From: Promethearchaeota archaeon
Lineage (GTDB): Archaea > Asgardarchaeota > Lokiarchaeia > Sigyniarchaeales > SOKP01
Reading direction: 5' to 3'
NCBI GenBank assembly: GCA_048938005.1
Contig: JBHLMQ010000016.1
Location: 1-55,642, forward strand
Length of the DNA stretch: 55,642 bases
Under the pieces are notes generated by a model. The model was not told the origin of the DNA. It searched no databases and worked only from the letters and a program-made list of their open reading frames with translations. Numbering within the stretch: position 1 is the first letter of the stretch; each line of letters begins with the position of its first letter. This document shows positions 39,014 through 49,257 of this stretch, piece by piece. Both the position numbers and the translations under genes were made by a program.

Positions 39014-39802
39014 ATGGGAGGAGGATTAAATTCAATGAAAAAGGAAGAATTTGATAAAAATCTTGATTTAACAAGAATTAAACCTTACGGAGATACAATT
39101 AATGACGGTAAGATACAATTAAGTTTTACCCTACCTGTAGAACATGATGAAAAAGCAATTGAAGCAGCAAAAGAGCTAACAGAAAAAATGGGACTAAAAG
39201 ATCCAGAAGTAGTATATCATACTTTATTAGACAAAGGATTCACCTATTTTGTAGTTTATGGAGAGTTAATTCATACAATCGATTATACTAAAATTCAAGT
39301 AGAATCTGTAGATGTAGAAGTAATGTCTAGAGACGAAATTAATGATTACATTAAAGAAAAGATTGGTCGTAAATTGGTTATACTTGGAGCGTCAACAGGA
39401 AGTGATGCTCACACTGTTGGAATAGATGCAATTATAAACATGAAAGGTTTTGCTGGTCATTATGGACTTGAACATTATGAAATGATAAAAGCCATAAACT
39501 TAGGCAGTCAAGTCTCAAATGAGGAATATGTTAAGCGAGCCATAGAACTTAAAGCTGATGTATTGCTTGTCTCCCAAACAGTTACACAAAAGGATATTCA
39601 TGTGAAAAACCTAACCCAATTAGTAGAATTATTGGAAGCCGAAGGAATAAGAGATCGTGTCATTTTAATTTGCGGTGGTACTAGAATAAGTAATGATTTA
39701 GCAAAAGAATTAGGTTATGATGCAGGTTTTGGACCAGGTACTTATGCTGAAATTGTGGCGTCTTTTGCTATTAAAGAGTTTGTAAGAAGAAAAGAAATAT
39801 GA
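39014..39802 (+). CDS. kamE: lysine 5,6-aminomutase beta subunit (AdoCbl-binding)
   Basis: KPYGDT.NDG.IQLSFTLP, DAHTVG (DxHxxG), NMKG (PLP Lys), VSQTVTQ, ELGYDAGFGPG. Confidence 0.96.
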   Translation: MGGGLNSMKKEEFDKNLDLTRIKPYGDTINDGKIQLSFTLPVEHDEKAIEAAKELTEKMGLKDPEVVYHTLLDKGFTYFVVYGELIHTIDYTKIQVESVDVEVMSRDEINDYIKEKIGRKLVILGASTGSDAHTVGIDAIINMKGFAGHYGLEHYEMIKAINLGSQVSNEEYVKRAIELKADVLLVSQTVTQKDIHVKNLTQLVELLEAEGIRDRVILICGGTRISNDLAKELGYDAGFGPGTYAEIVASFAIKEFVRRKEI

Positions 39803-39918
39803 TTGAAATAAGAATGATATTAATTAAAAGAAATTAAGTTTGGAATTAATTAGAACTTCAATAAAAATAAAAAAAATATGTAATTAATTTTCTAGATTAT
39901 ACTTTAAACGTATTGATT

Positions 39919-42459
39919 TTAATAGTACACAATTTCTACAGATTCTTTTACTTTCCAGATGTCCCAGAAATGATATCTCATAGGTTTATAGGTCCACGTT
40001 TCATAAAGGGCTACTTGATCATATGCATGAGGGCTTATAATTACATTCCCTTCATTATCAAGGGTTATAAAGCCACTCTGTCCAGGTGGAATTACATTAA
40101 ATGCATTTGGAGTAGGATTCCAGAATCTATGCCACCATTTCTGTTTAGGCATTTCTACGACGTGATTATATGTACCACGATTCATATAATGCATAACTGG
40201 GGGTGGTAATGCTCCAAGTGAACTGGGAACCCATATTCGAACTGGAGTTAACCATGTTTCCATATCTGCACCTAATTCATCCCTTAAAGCTATCACAGCC
40301 GCTTTTAGTGCACGATTTATTACTTCATCTCTATCTTCTCCATTAAGATAATCATAATTTAGCGGTAACGTTGATTCAGGACCATCGAAAACATGAATTA
40401 TCGTGCTTGGCCATACTGTCGCAAGTTCACGATGGATGGGACCTATTGGAGGATAAACTGGAAGATCATCACTAAAAACCTCATCAAATATTTTCTCATA
40501 CCACTCATCAAATATCGTTAAACCAGGATCATCATAAGTAGCATCCGCGCTAGGCCATTGTGGCACTTCATAATCATTATAATGAAAATTCCAGGCTTCT
40601 AAATAAGGTAAAGCGGCTTGAATGTCTGGATCACTTGATCCACTCGCAGCATCTATTAAATAACCTAGAAGATTCATTCCACCTAAGTGAGTATAACCAG
40701 CATCTTTGTTAATTTCAATCATATCATCAAGAGTAAAATGGTCTTTTGCGGCCAGGAGTTGCATTATTCTTTTTACACGATGTCCTTCTCCCCAACCAGC
40801 ATCTGATTCGCCGTATGGCCAATTAGTTATCGGCTTATTGTTCCAATTTGCAAGCCAGCCCTGTTTAGGGTTGATGCATATTGGCATTTCATCAGGACCA
40901 GTAACCCCTATCCATTCTTCTTCTCCTGTTCCCCATAGAGGGAATCTGTCATCAATAGGTCTTTCATATAGACCTGTGGTAGGTTTTATGGGCCAAAAAC
41001 CTGAATGCCAATACCCTATATTTCCTTTTTTATCAGCCCAATAGAAATTATGAGCTGCTTCTACGTGTTTACAAGCAAAATCAAAATCTTTAATATTCTT
41101 TGCTTGTTGGAAAAGCGACCACCCTTCTTCAGCTGCCAGTTCTCTTTTGTAGTAAGGAGTCTTCATCGTAAAGCAAAGATTATTATCAAGATCCCATCCA
41201 ATAATAGGTCCATGGATTGTTCTGTATACATTTCTTTCTACATAGTAGGATTTTTTAAAACCATAAAATTTTTCAGTTCTCACTTCCATATCTATAAATT
41301 CACCGTTGTACCAGTATTGATATTGATTAGCAGGATTTAAAACTTCAATATAAGTATCCATATTATCTGTGACCCCTGTAGTAGACGTCCATGCGCCATC
41401 TTTACTAGCACCTATTAAAATAGAAGGGGCATGAGGCATCATCATACCTACTGCATCAATTCCCGCTCCATGCAACCCTACTTCGAGGACAATTTGTGGA
41501 ATTGATTGTCCCATTTGTGGACCACCTTGTTCAAGAGCATTTCTAGTTACAGATTTTGTAGGGCTGACAACCCAAGCATTGCTTCCGAACTTTGTTGGTA
41601 AGCCCAAAGATTCGAACAATGCTGCTTGACCCATTTTGAGGTTATTATATTTATGATACACATCCATAAAATCACAGTTATACCCATCTATTATACTATC
41701 CTTCCATGAATTAATATATTGTACATCAGGCCAAGCACCTTCTTCTATAGGGATTGTAACTTCTGCTCCCGGATCATTTTGTGGGAAATGATCATTAAAT
41801 ATATCCCATCCAACATCATTTCCATAAGCTTCTTGAAGTGCCATTAGTGCTGTTGCATATGATAATTCATCACCACCACACCCTCCAAATCTCCAAGCCA
41901 TCATAACTACTATAGCGACAGAATCTTCAATAGTCCAAGGTTCAATGGGAAGAAGTCCTTCAGGAGTGATAACACCTGGAAGATATTCTATAGGAATAAG
42001 GGAGGGATCTCCCTCTTCAAATAATCTTCTATGAGCTTCATTAATGTATTCATTAATACCATTGGTATAAGCAATCATCATTTCCTTAAGCTTTGCTTTA
42101 GGATTAGAAGGCACCCAGCTTTCAAATATTTCCAATAGTTCTTCTTTACTATATGCCATACTTCTGATATAATAATCAGCATCTAGGCTTGCCCATGGTA
42201 GAATTTCAGCTAAACTGCCATATCCCTGTCTTCGATATAGATCCGCTTGCCAGAGCCTATCCTGAGCCATAGTATAACCACAACCAAATGCTAATCCTTC
42301 TTTTGTGTTTGCGAAAATATGAGGAACACCATAATTATCTCTTATTATAGTGATTCTTCTACGACCCCAACCCCAACCACATGCATTCGCGGGGATGATT
42401 GGAATAATTAGAAACGAAGTTATAATTACCAATAAACAAATCCATAATTTTTTTTTCAT
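39919..42459 (-). CDS. secreted penicillin G acylase-family Ntn hydrolase
   Basis: Signal peptide MKKKLWICLLVII...ANA; IIRDNYGVPHI, AQDRLWQ, autocleavage GSNAW, GPQ, RTIHGP, ANWNNKP, PPGQSG. Confidence 0.92.
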   Translation of the reverse strand: MKKKLWICLLVIITSFLIIPIIPANACGWGWGRRRITIIRDNYGVPHIFANTKEGLAFGCGYTMAQDRLWQADLYRRQGYGSLAEILPWASLDADYYIRSMAYSKEELLEIFESWVPSNPKAKLKEMMIAYTNGINEYINEAHRRLFEEGDPSLIPIEYLPGVITPEGLLPIEPWTIEDSVAIVVMMAWRFGGCGGDELSYATALMALQEAYGNDVGWDIFNDHFPQNDPGAEVTIPIEEGAWPDVQYINSWKDSIIDGYNCDFMDVYHKYNNLKMGQAALFESLGLPTKFGSNAWVVSPTKSVTRNALEQGGPQMGQSIPQIVLEVGLHGAGIDAVGMMMPHAPSILIGASKDGAWTSTTGVTDNMDTYIEVLNPANQYQYWYNGEFIDMEVRTEKFYGFKKSYYVERNVYRTIHGPIIGWDLDNNLCFTMKTPYYKRELAAEEGWSLFQQAKNIKDFDFACKHVEAAHNFYWADKKGNIGYWHSGFWPIKPTTGLYERPIDDRFPLWGTGEEEWIGVTGPDEMPICINPKQGWLANWNNKPITNWPYGESDAGWGEGHRVKRIMQLLAAKDHFTLDDMIEINKDAGYTHLGGMNLLGYLIDAASGSSDPDIQAALPYLEAWNFHYNDYEVPQWPSADATYDDPGLTIFDEWYEKIFDEVFSDDLPVYPPIGPIHRELATVWPSTIIHVFDGPESTLPLNYDYLNGEDRDEVINRALKAAVIALRDELGADMETWLTPVRIWVPSSLGALPPPVMHYMNRGTYNHVVEMPKQKWWHRFWNPTPNAFNVIPPGQSGFITLDNEGNVIISPHAYDQVALYETWTYKPMRYHFWDIWKVKESVEIVYY

Positions 42460-42683
42460 TTTTAATAGATCACTTCTTTTTCGGATTTACTTTTTTCTAT
42501 AAAATTTTTTGCAATTATTCTTTTTGGCACAAATATATATAAACTTTTTTATCGAAGCACTGAGTTTACATTTTTGACAATCCCATTTTCTTCCCAAATT
42601 TGAAAGTAGAACATCTAAACTTTTAATGAAAATGTTCATATAATTAAGTATTATCATTAGTAAAGAAATAAGTGTGAAATTAA

Positions 42684-43946
42684 ATGCCAACTTCAAAAGA
42701 ATTTATTGAAATGGATCTTAAATATTGTGCGCACAATTACCATCCAATCCCCGTTGTTATTTCACGTGCAGAAGGAGTTTGGGTTTATGATCCAGAAGGT
42801 AAGAAGTATCTTGATTGTTTATCAGCTTATTCAAGTCAAAATACTGGTCATTGTCATCCAGAAATTATTGCTTCTTTAAAGGAACAAGCAGATATTGTTA
42901 CACTTACTTCTCGAGCATTTCATAATGATATGATGGGTCCTTTTTTAAAAATGTTAGCAGACGTTGTAGGGCCACATATTAATGATCCCACAAATTCCGG
43001 TATAATGTCAATTCCTATGAATACGGGAACAGAAGCAATATCGACTGGTTTAAAAATGGCAAGAGCATGGGGGTATATAAAAAAGAAAATACCCAAAAAT
43101 GAAGCTAAAATCATAGTTTGCCGAAATAATTTTCATGGAAGAACCATTACCATTGTTGGTTTTAGTTCTGATATATCAGTGGTTCGCTATTATGGCAATT
43201 TTGGACCATATACCCCTGGTTTTATTATTATCCCTTATGGAGATGCTGAAGAATTAGAAAATGTTATTTTGGAAATTGGACCTGAAAAAGTAGCTGCTTT
43301 TTTGGTTGAGCCTATCCAAGGAGAAGCTGGCGTTAATGTCCCTCCAGAAGGATATTTAAGAAAAGCTCGAGAAATCTGTACAAAATATAATGTGTTGATG
43401 ATGTTAGATGAAATTCAAACTGGTTTTTGCAGAACGGGAGAGTTGTTTGCTTGTGATCATGAAAATGTAAAACCAGATATGCTACTATTAGGGAAAGCCC
43501 TTGGAGGCGGAGTGTATCCTGTGTCTGCCTGTGTAACCACAAGAGAAATTATAGGCCCAGATGTGATAATTCCTGGAAGTCATGGAAGCACTTTTGGAGG
43601 AAATCCTTTGGCTTGTGCTGTGGCAATGAAATCTATAGATATTCATCTACGTGAGAATCTTGCCGAGCGAGCAAAGGAGATGGGTGCTTACTTTATAAAA
43701 AGATTAAGAGAAATTGGTGAGAAAAGAACTAAAATTCCAATTAAAGATATAAGGGGGAAAGGGTTATTAATTGCTGTCGAATTTTCGGAGGATGCTAGAC
43801 AAATTGTTGAAGAACTCAAAGATAATGGAATATTAGCAAAAGATACACATTCTACAACTATTCGTTTTGCCCCACCCTTGGTTATTACGAAAGATGAGCT
43901 TGATTGGGCACTTGAAATCATAGAAAAAGTATTTGTAAAGCAATAA
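42684..43946 (+). CDS. rocD: ornithine--oxo-acid aminotransferase
   Basis: AHNYHP.PVV, LSAYS..N.GHCHP, LTSRAFHND, PMNTG.EA, FHGRT, EPIQGEAG, DEIQTG, LGKAL, HGSTFGGNPLAC. Confidence 0.93.
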   Translation: MPTSKEFIEMDLKYCAHNYHPIPVVISRAEGVWVYDPEGKKYLDCLSAYSSQNTGHCHPEIIASLKEQADIVTLTSRAFHNDMMGPFLKMLADVVGPHINDPTNSGIMSIPMNTGTEAISTGLKMARAWGYIKKKIPKNEAKIIVCRNNFHGRTITIVGFSSDISVVRYYGNFGPYTPGFIIIPYGDAEELENVILEIGPEKVAAFLVEPIQGEAGVNVPPEGYLRKAREICTKYNVLMMLDEIQTGFCRTGELFACDHENVKPDMLLLGKALGGGVYPVSACVTTREIIGPDVIIPGSHGSTFGGNPLACAVAMKSIDIHLRENLAERAKEMGAYFIKRLREIGEKRTKIPIKDIRGKGLLIAVEFSEDARQIVEELKDNGILAKDTHSTTIRFAPPLVITKDELDWALEIIEKVFVKQ

Positions 43947-43949
43947 AGA

Positions 43950-44867
43950 CTATTTATCTATAAAAAAATGAGTCCCAGCTCTTCCTTCTAATGCCTCTTC
44001 AATTTTTTCAATTGAAGTTATAATCGCTTTTTCTCCACCTTTTTCCATAAAATTTATTATTGCTTGAATTTTAGGGCCCATACTTCCAGCAGGAAATTGT
44101 CCTTCTTCCAAATATTTCTTTGCTTCTGCGATAGTAAGCTTATCTAAATCTTTTTGGTTAGGTGTACCATAATTAAGAGCAACTTTCTCAACATCAGTAG
44201 CAATGAGTAGTATATCCGCTCCTATTTGTTCAGCTAATTTAGAACTAGCAAGATCTTTATCTATTACAGCTTCAACACCATATAATCTTTTTGCTTCTTT
44301 TATAACGGGTATACCCCCTCCACCGCATGCAATTACAATCCAACTTTCTAATTCCATTAACTTCTTTATTTCACGCCATTGATAAATTTTTATTGGATTA
44401 GGAGAAGGAACAACTTGACGCCATCCTTTAGCTGTTTTAACCTGACCTGGTTTTGTGCGAACAGGATATGCAGGACCAATAGGTTTTGTGGGATTTTTAA
44501 ACGCAGGATCTTCAGCATCAACTTTCACATAGGTTAATACTGTTAAAAAAAGTTTTTCTTCATCGAGATTTATTTTCATAAGCTCCTCGTCTAATGTGCT
44601 CTCAATCATGAATCCAATCTGACCTTGGGTTTCTGCTACTAATATTTGTAACGGTCTTTTTGATACAAATTCAGTTGCTTCCTGTTGAAGTAAGAGATTA
44701 CCAACTTGTGGGCCATTACCATGTGTTATAATTATATTGTAGTTTTTTGCTAATTCTGCAATTTGGCTAATTGGAACTCTTAAATTCCGAAATTGTTCCT
44801 CAGTAGTGCCTTCTTCACCAAATTTTATTAAAGCATTTCCACCGAGTGCGACAATTAATGTTTTCAA
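43950..44867 (-). CDS. arcC: carbamate kinase
   Basis: ALGGNAL, THGNGPQVG, F.NPTKPIGP, R.VVPSP, GGGGIPV, EAVIDKD, GSMGPK. Confidence 0.96.
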   Translation of the reverse strand: MKTLIVALGGNALIKFGEEGTTEEQFRNLRVPISQIAELAKNYNIIITHGNGPQVGNLLLQQEATEFVSKRPLQILVAETQGQIGFMIESTLDEELMKINLDEEKLFLTVLTYVKVDAEDPAFKNPTKPIGPAYPVRTKPGQVKTAKGWRQVVPSPNPIKIYQWREIKKLMELESWIVIACGGGGIPVIKEAKRLYGVEAVIDKDLASSKLAEQIGADILLIATDVEKVALNYGTPNQKDLDKLTIAEAKKYLEEGQFPAGSMGPKIQAIINFMEKGGEKAIITSIEKIEEALEGRAGTHFFIDK

Positions 44868-44933
44868 AAAAAATTCTCCAATATATATTTAATTTCCACA
44901 AATGGAAAAAATAAATATTATTTAACTTATTAT

Positions 44934-45866
44934 TTAAAATTTATCTCGTAAAAAGAGCATAATAGCTTTTTGGATATGTAATCTATTTTCAGCTTGGTCA
45001 AATACAATTGATTGAGGACCGTCAATAACCTTTGCCGTTTGTTCATAATCCCTCATAGCTGGCAAGCAATTCATAAACACAGCATTGGGTTTTGCTGTTA
45101 ACATAATTGATTTTGTCACTTGAAATGGCATAAAAACTTTTTTTCTTTCTTCTTCTTTGTCTGCTGGAATACCATAACTCATCCAACTATCAGTATAAAT
45201 AACATCAGCGTCTCTAGCAGCTCCCATTGCTTCATGAACTACTCTTACATCAGCTCCAGTTTCTTTAGAAAGTTCTGATACCTCATTCAAAACGATTTTC
45301 TCCGGAGAATATTGTGGATCAGCTGGGCAAGCTACATCCATTCTCCAGCCAAACATAGCACACATCCTCATTAAATCATATGTTACATTATTGTAAGCAT
45401 CCCCAAAATATGATAACTTTAAGTTATCAAGCTTACCTTTTTTCTCTTTTATAGTCAAAAAATCACCTAGGATTTGACATGGGTGTGCGAAATCATCCAA
45501 CATATTTATCACCGGGACATCGGCATATTTAGCGAGATCCCAAATATCTTGCCTTTTAAAAACCCTGGCAGCGATGATATTAACAAATCTAGAAGCAACT
45601 TTCGCTGTATCCGAAATGTTTTCCTTTTTCCCTAAGGGTGAATCTTTTATTGAGTAAAAAATTGCATGCCCTCCTAATTGTTGCATGCCAGTCTCAAAAG
45701 ATATTCGAGTTCTTAAGGAAGGCTTTTCAAATAGCATTAAGAGGGTTTCTCCTTCTAAAAAAGAACTAAATTTTTTAGGATTTTTCTTTAACTCAATTGC
45801 TTTATTAATAACCCTCTCGCATTCAGCCTTTGAAAAATCTGAGACTTTTAATAGATGTCTAACCAT
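44934..45866 (-). CDS. arcB: ornithine carbamoyltransferase (Giardia/metamonad-like signature)
   Basis: KPSLRTR, HPCQ, NNVTYDLMR, YTDSWMSY, FMNCLPA.R..EQT..VIDGP.S, QAENRLH. Confidence 0.93.
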   Translation of the reverse strand: MVRHLLKVSDFSKAECERVINKAIELKKNPKKFSSFLEGETLLMLFEKPSLRTRISFETGMQQLGGHAIFYSIKDSPLGKKENISDTAKVASRFVNIIAARVFKRQDIWDLAKYADVPVINMLDDFAHPCQILGDFLTIKEKKGKLDNLKLSYFGDAYNNVTYDLMRMCAMFGWRMDVACPADPQYSPEKIVLNEVSELSKETGADVRVVHEAMGAARDADVIYTDSWMSYGIPADKEEERKKVFMPFQVTKSIMLTAKPNAVFMNCLPAMRDYEQTAKVIDGPQSIVFDQAENRLHIQKAIMLFLRDKF

Positions 45867-45974
45867 TTTCAGTATTTTAGAATTTTAGATAATAATTAAG
45901 TATTAAAAAGAAAGATTAGATATAAATCAAAATATATGAATTACAACAGCTTATATTATCCAATTTCAGAAGAT

Positions 45975-47141
45975 TCATTTCAGTTCTTCTTCAACACAAA
46001 AGTCTCTGTTACATGAGAGATTATTTAAGATTTCATTATCCTTTGGAGTTGTCTTTTCTGTTATTAGCCGACTTAAAAGTTCTCCTAAACCTGGTCCCAG
46101 CATAAAGCCTTGGCCACACATACCAACTGCATTAATATAACCCTCTATTTCACCTACTTTACCAATTATAGGATTTCCATCTGGTGTCATCGGATACAGA
46201 CCACGCCAAGTTCTTCTAACTTTTATATTTCTTAACCGTGGCAACAAATGTATCATTCTTTTTGAAATCTGAGGTAGGAAAGAACTTGTTTCTTGTCTGT
46301 CAATACCAGGGATATTTGGTTCAGGTGTTAAGCAAAAAATAATTTTTCCTTCTTTATTTTGATAGAAATAATAGTTGCTTGAATTTCCAAATTTAGGGTC
46401 GATAAATGGTTTAATATCAACAATCATGGATGAGAAAAATTTCTTTACCGGCTCAGTTATTCCTGCTTCATGAGATTCTGGTTCTACTGGAGTAATAACA
46501 CTAACCATATTACCAATCTCTTTTGCATGAGCTCCTGCAGCATTGATAATAGAGTTAGTTTTATATTTTCCATTAGAAGTTTTAATCCCTACAACTTTAT
46601 CTTTTTTAGTTAAGATATCAATAACTTTTTCATTAAAATGATATTCCGCTCCTGAATTTTTTGAGTATCTATAGAATGAATGTAAGGCCAATAAAGGTGA
46701 AGCATTACCATCTTCAGGACTATGCGTTCCACCTAACAATTCATTTTCATTGATTCCAGGTAAAATCTCTTTGATTTTTTCAGCGTCAACATAGTTAATA
46801 TTCAAACCGTAACTTTTTTGAACTTTTACTGTATCCTTTAATAATTTTTCATGTTCTTCTGTGAATGCTAAGAAAGTATAACCACCTTGATTCCACCAGA
46901 TATCATCTCCATACTTTTCTTCCCAAGAAGAAAAAATTTCTATTGACCTTTGGCATAACCATATCTTTCCTTTATGTGAGTGAGTAGCTCTAATACCACC
47001 AATAGCATGTTTATTGTCTGCTTGAGCAACTGAAGGCAAATAATCGATAACCAATGTTTTTAATCCATCATTTACAGTAGCTAGAGCAGTTGGGACGCCT
47101 ACACTTCCAGCACCGATGATGATAACATCATATTCAACCAT
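45975..47141 (-). CDS. FAD-dependent amine oxidoreductase (proline dehydrogenase/sarcosine oxidase beta-like)
   Basis: GAGSVG, INAAGA.A, ITEP, R.W.G.Y.MTPDGNPIIG, G.GFMLGP. Confidence 0.88.
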   Translation of the reverse strand: MVEYDVIIIGAGSVGVPTALATVNDGLKTLVIDYLPSVAQADNKHAIGGIRATHSHKGKIWLCQRSIEIFSSWEEKYGDDIWWNQGGYTFLAFTEEHEKLLKDTVKVQKSYGLNINYVDAEKIKEILPGINENELLGGTHSPEDGNASPLLALHSFYRYSKNSGAEYHFNEKVIDILTKKDKVVGIKTSNGKYKTNSIINAAGAHAKEIGNMVSVITPVEPESHEAGITEPVKKFFSSMIVDIKPFIDPKFGNSSNYYFYQNKEGKIIFCLTPEPNIPGIDRQETSSFLPQISKRMIHLLPRLRNIKVRRTWRGLYPMTPDGNPIIGKVGEIEGYINAVGMCGQGFMLGPGLGELLSRLITEKTTPKDNEILNNLSCNRDFCVEEELK

Positions 47142-49226
47142 CTAAGGCTCCTCCTTTTTATTTTTAACATTAGCAAATATACCCATCGGAACTTCAATAA
47201 ACAGAGGACGTTTTGTACCAGGAATAACATCGTCAACCGATACTCCTTCTTCCCGAAATATCTTCTCGATTAAAGGAGTGCATGTTTTACCTCCACAAGC
47301 TCCCATTCCTACTTTAGTTAAAGCCTTCAATTCATTAAAATCTCTGACTCCTGACCGTATCCACCTTCGAATTTCACCTACTGAAACACGTTCACATCTA
47401 CATACTATAATTTTATCATCAGTAAATGATCTTTGGTAAACATCTATTGGCTCATTAAATTTAGTCTCATAAAGTTTAATTGCTACAGCTTGTTTTGCCA
47501 ATTCTGATGTTAATTTAATAGTTATTAGTTGAGTCTTAGGAAATTCTTTCAATATTCTCGATCTATGAATTTCATATGCCCCTAATTCTCCTTCATTGCT
47601 AATAACAATAACTTTTTGTCCTTTCTCTAATTTCTTTTCAGTAAGTTCAAACGGAAAAGTAACTAGTGGATTTTTTTTATCTTTACGATAATCAATTAAT
47701 ACAACAGCTAAACCAGGACACACAGCTACACATTTTCCACATCCAATACAATCTTTTTCACCCTTAAAATATGGTAATTGGGTAATTAAATCATCAATAG
47801 TCTCAATTTGTTTTTGATCACATACAGTTGTACATGGATTACAGGGAATTTCTTGATTACAATAAAAAACAGGATAGATTCCTTCTTCTTTGAATTTTAT
47901 TTTCGTTTCAATAGGTTGTGGAGGTTTTGCTTTCATGACTTCTGCAAAATTTTCTAATTCATTAATATCTTCTGAAATTTCAATTCCAATTTCTCTAAGA
48001 ATCTTTAAAGCTTCAATTCTTCCAGTAAATATAGCAGCAGAAGCTTCAGCGATCTCTTGAGCATCACCAGCAACCCAAACCTTAAATCCAAATTCTTTTG
48101 CTTTCTGATAAAATTCATCGACAGGATTTAAACCTATAGCAATTAAAATAGTATCACAAACAAATGTTTTTTCTGTTCCAGATATAATATTAAAATCCCT
48201 ATCAATTTGAGCAATTGTTATAGATTCTACTGATTTATCCCCATTAGCAGAGACGATCGTATGACTTGTGTAGATTGGAACACCTAATCTTCTAAGTTTG
48301 TCTTCATGGACTTTATAACCTCCACATAGAGGTAATGCTTCAATTAAACCAATGACATCTATTCCTGCTTGAATTGCATGATATCCAGCAATTAATCCAA
48401 CATTTCCTCCTCCAACAATAAAAATTTTGTCTGCAGCTTTTACTAAATCACGATTTACCAATGTTTGAAAAGCTCCAGCACCATATACTCCGGGAAGGGT
48501 ATTTCCAGGAAAAACTAACATTTTTTCCCTTGCACCAGTAGCAATTAATAAGTACTTAGGCTTCACCAAAACATATTTATTATTATCCTTTAAAATTCCT
48601 ACCATCCCATCGCTAAATACTGCTAAACAAACACTATTTAACCAAATTTTAATTTTAGATAATCCTCGAATAGATTCCCCTAAAATTTTTGCAATATCTA
48701 TGCCACGTTTACCAGCATAAACATCTTTTTGTGAGCCAAAAAATTTATGTGTTTGAAGAACCAATTTACCTCCAAGTTCAGCTTTATCGTCAATTAAGAT
48801 CACCTCAACATTATTTTCTCCTAATATTTTTGTGGCTGATAATCCTGCTGGACCAGCACCTATAACCAATACTTCTATGTCTATAATTTCAGAATCTCCA
48901 ACAGTCACAGGATTATCAATTGCAGGTAATTCTGGTAATCCATTACAACTTTCTATTACCATCCCTTCTTTAAGAGGTGTCATGCATGCTTTTACTGGAA
49001 TACCATATACAATAACATTACATTGAGCACATTGACCATTAGCACAAAACATACCCTGAGGGCTGTTGTCTTTTGGGTGATAACCAAAAATTTTTATTTT
49101 ATTAAGAAAAAGCGCTGATGATATAACCATTCCTTCAAATCCATTTAACTTTATACCATCAAAACTAAAATTAATCTTCTTTCTTTCTGGTATCTCTAAA
49201 ATAGGATGTGTTATTATATCTTCCAT
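47142..49226 (-). CDS. proline dehydrogenase/sarcosine oxidase alpha-like multidomain subunit (2Fe-2S + FAD/NAD + 4Fe-4S + BFD-like)
   Basis: CANGQCAQC..KAC; GAGPAGL, GGKLVLQTHKFFG, ATGARE, GGGNVG; CNPCTTVC, CIGCGKCVAVCPG; CRCE...GMGACGGKTC..RP. Confidence 0.88.
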   Translation of the reverse strand: MEDIITHPILEIPERKKINFSFDGIKLNGFEGMVISSALFLNKIKIFGYHPKDNSPQGMFCANGQCAQCNVIVYGIPVKACMTPLKEGMVIESCNGLPELPAIDNPVTVGDSEIIDIEVLVIGAGPAGLSATKILGENNVEVILIDDKAELGGKLVLQTHKFFGSQKDVYAGKRGIDIAKILGESIRGLSKIKIWLNSVCLAVFSDGMVGILKDNNKYVLVKPKYLLIATGAREKMLVFPGNTLPGVYGAGAFQTLVNRDLVKAADKIFIVGGGNVGLIAGYHAIQAGIDVIGLIEALPLCGGYKVHEDKLRRLGVPIYTSHTIVSANGDKSVESITIAQIDRDFNIISGTEKTFVCDTILIAIGLNPVDEFYQKAKEFGFKVWVAGDAQEIAEASAAIFTGRIEALKILREIGIEISEDINELENFAEVMKAKPPQPIETKIKFKEEGIYPVFYCNQEIPCNPCTTVCDQKQIETIDDLITQLPYFKGEKDCIGCGKCVAVCPGLAVVLIDYRKDKKNPLVTFPFELTEKKLEKGQKVIVISNEGELGAYEIHRSRILKEFPKTQLITIKLTSELAKQAVAIKLYETKFNEPIDVYQRSFTDDKIIVCRCERVSVGEIRRWIRSGVRDFNELKALTKVGMGACGGKTCTPLIEKIFREEGVSVDDVIPGTKRPLFIEVPMGIFANVKNKKEEP

Positions 49227-49257
49227 TTAAAATCTAAATTAATCTTTTTAAGAATAT

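Noticed and set aside
42487-42696. 69-aa ORF with CxxC between the acylase and rocD
   Set aside because: It occupies the divergent promoter region, overlaps the rocD start and has no family resemblance.
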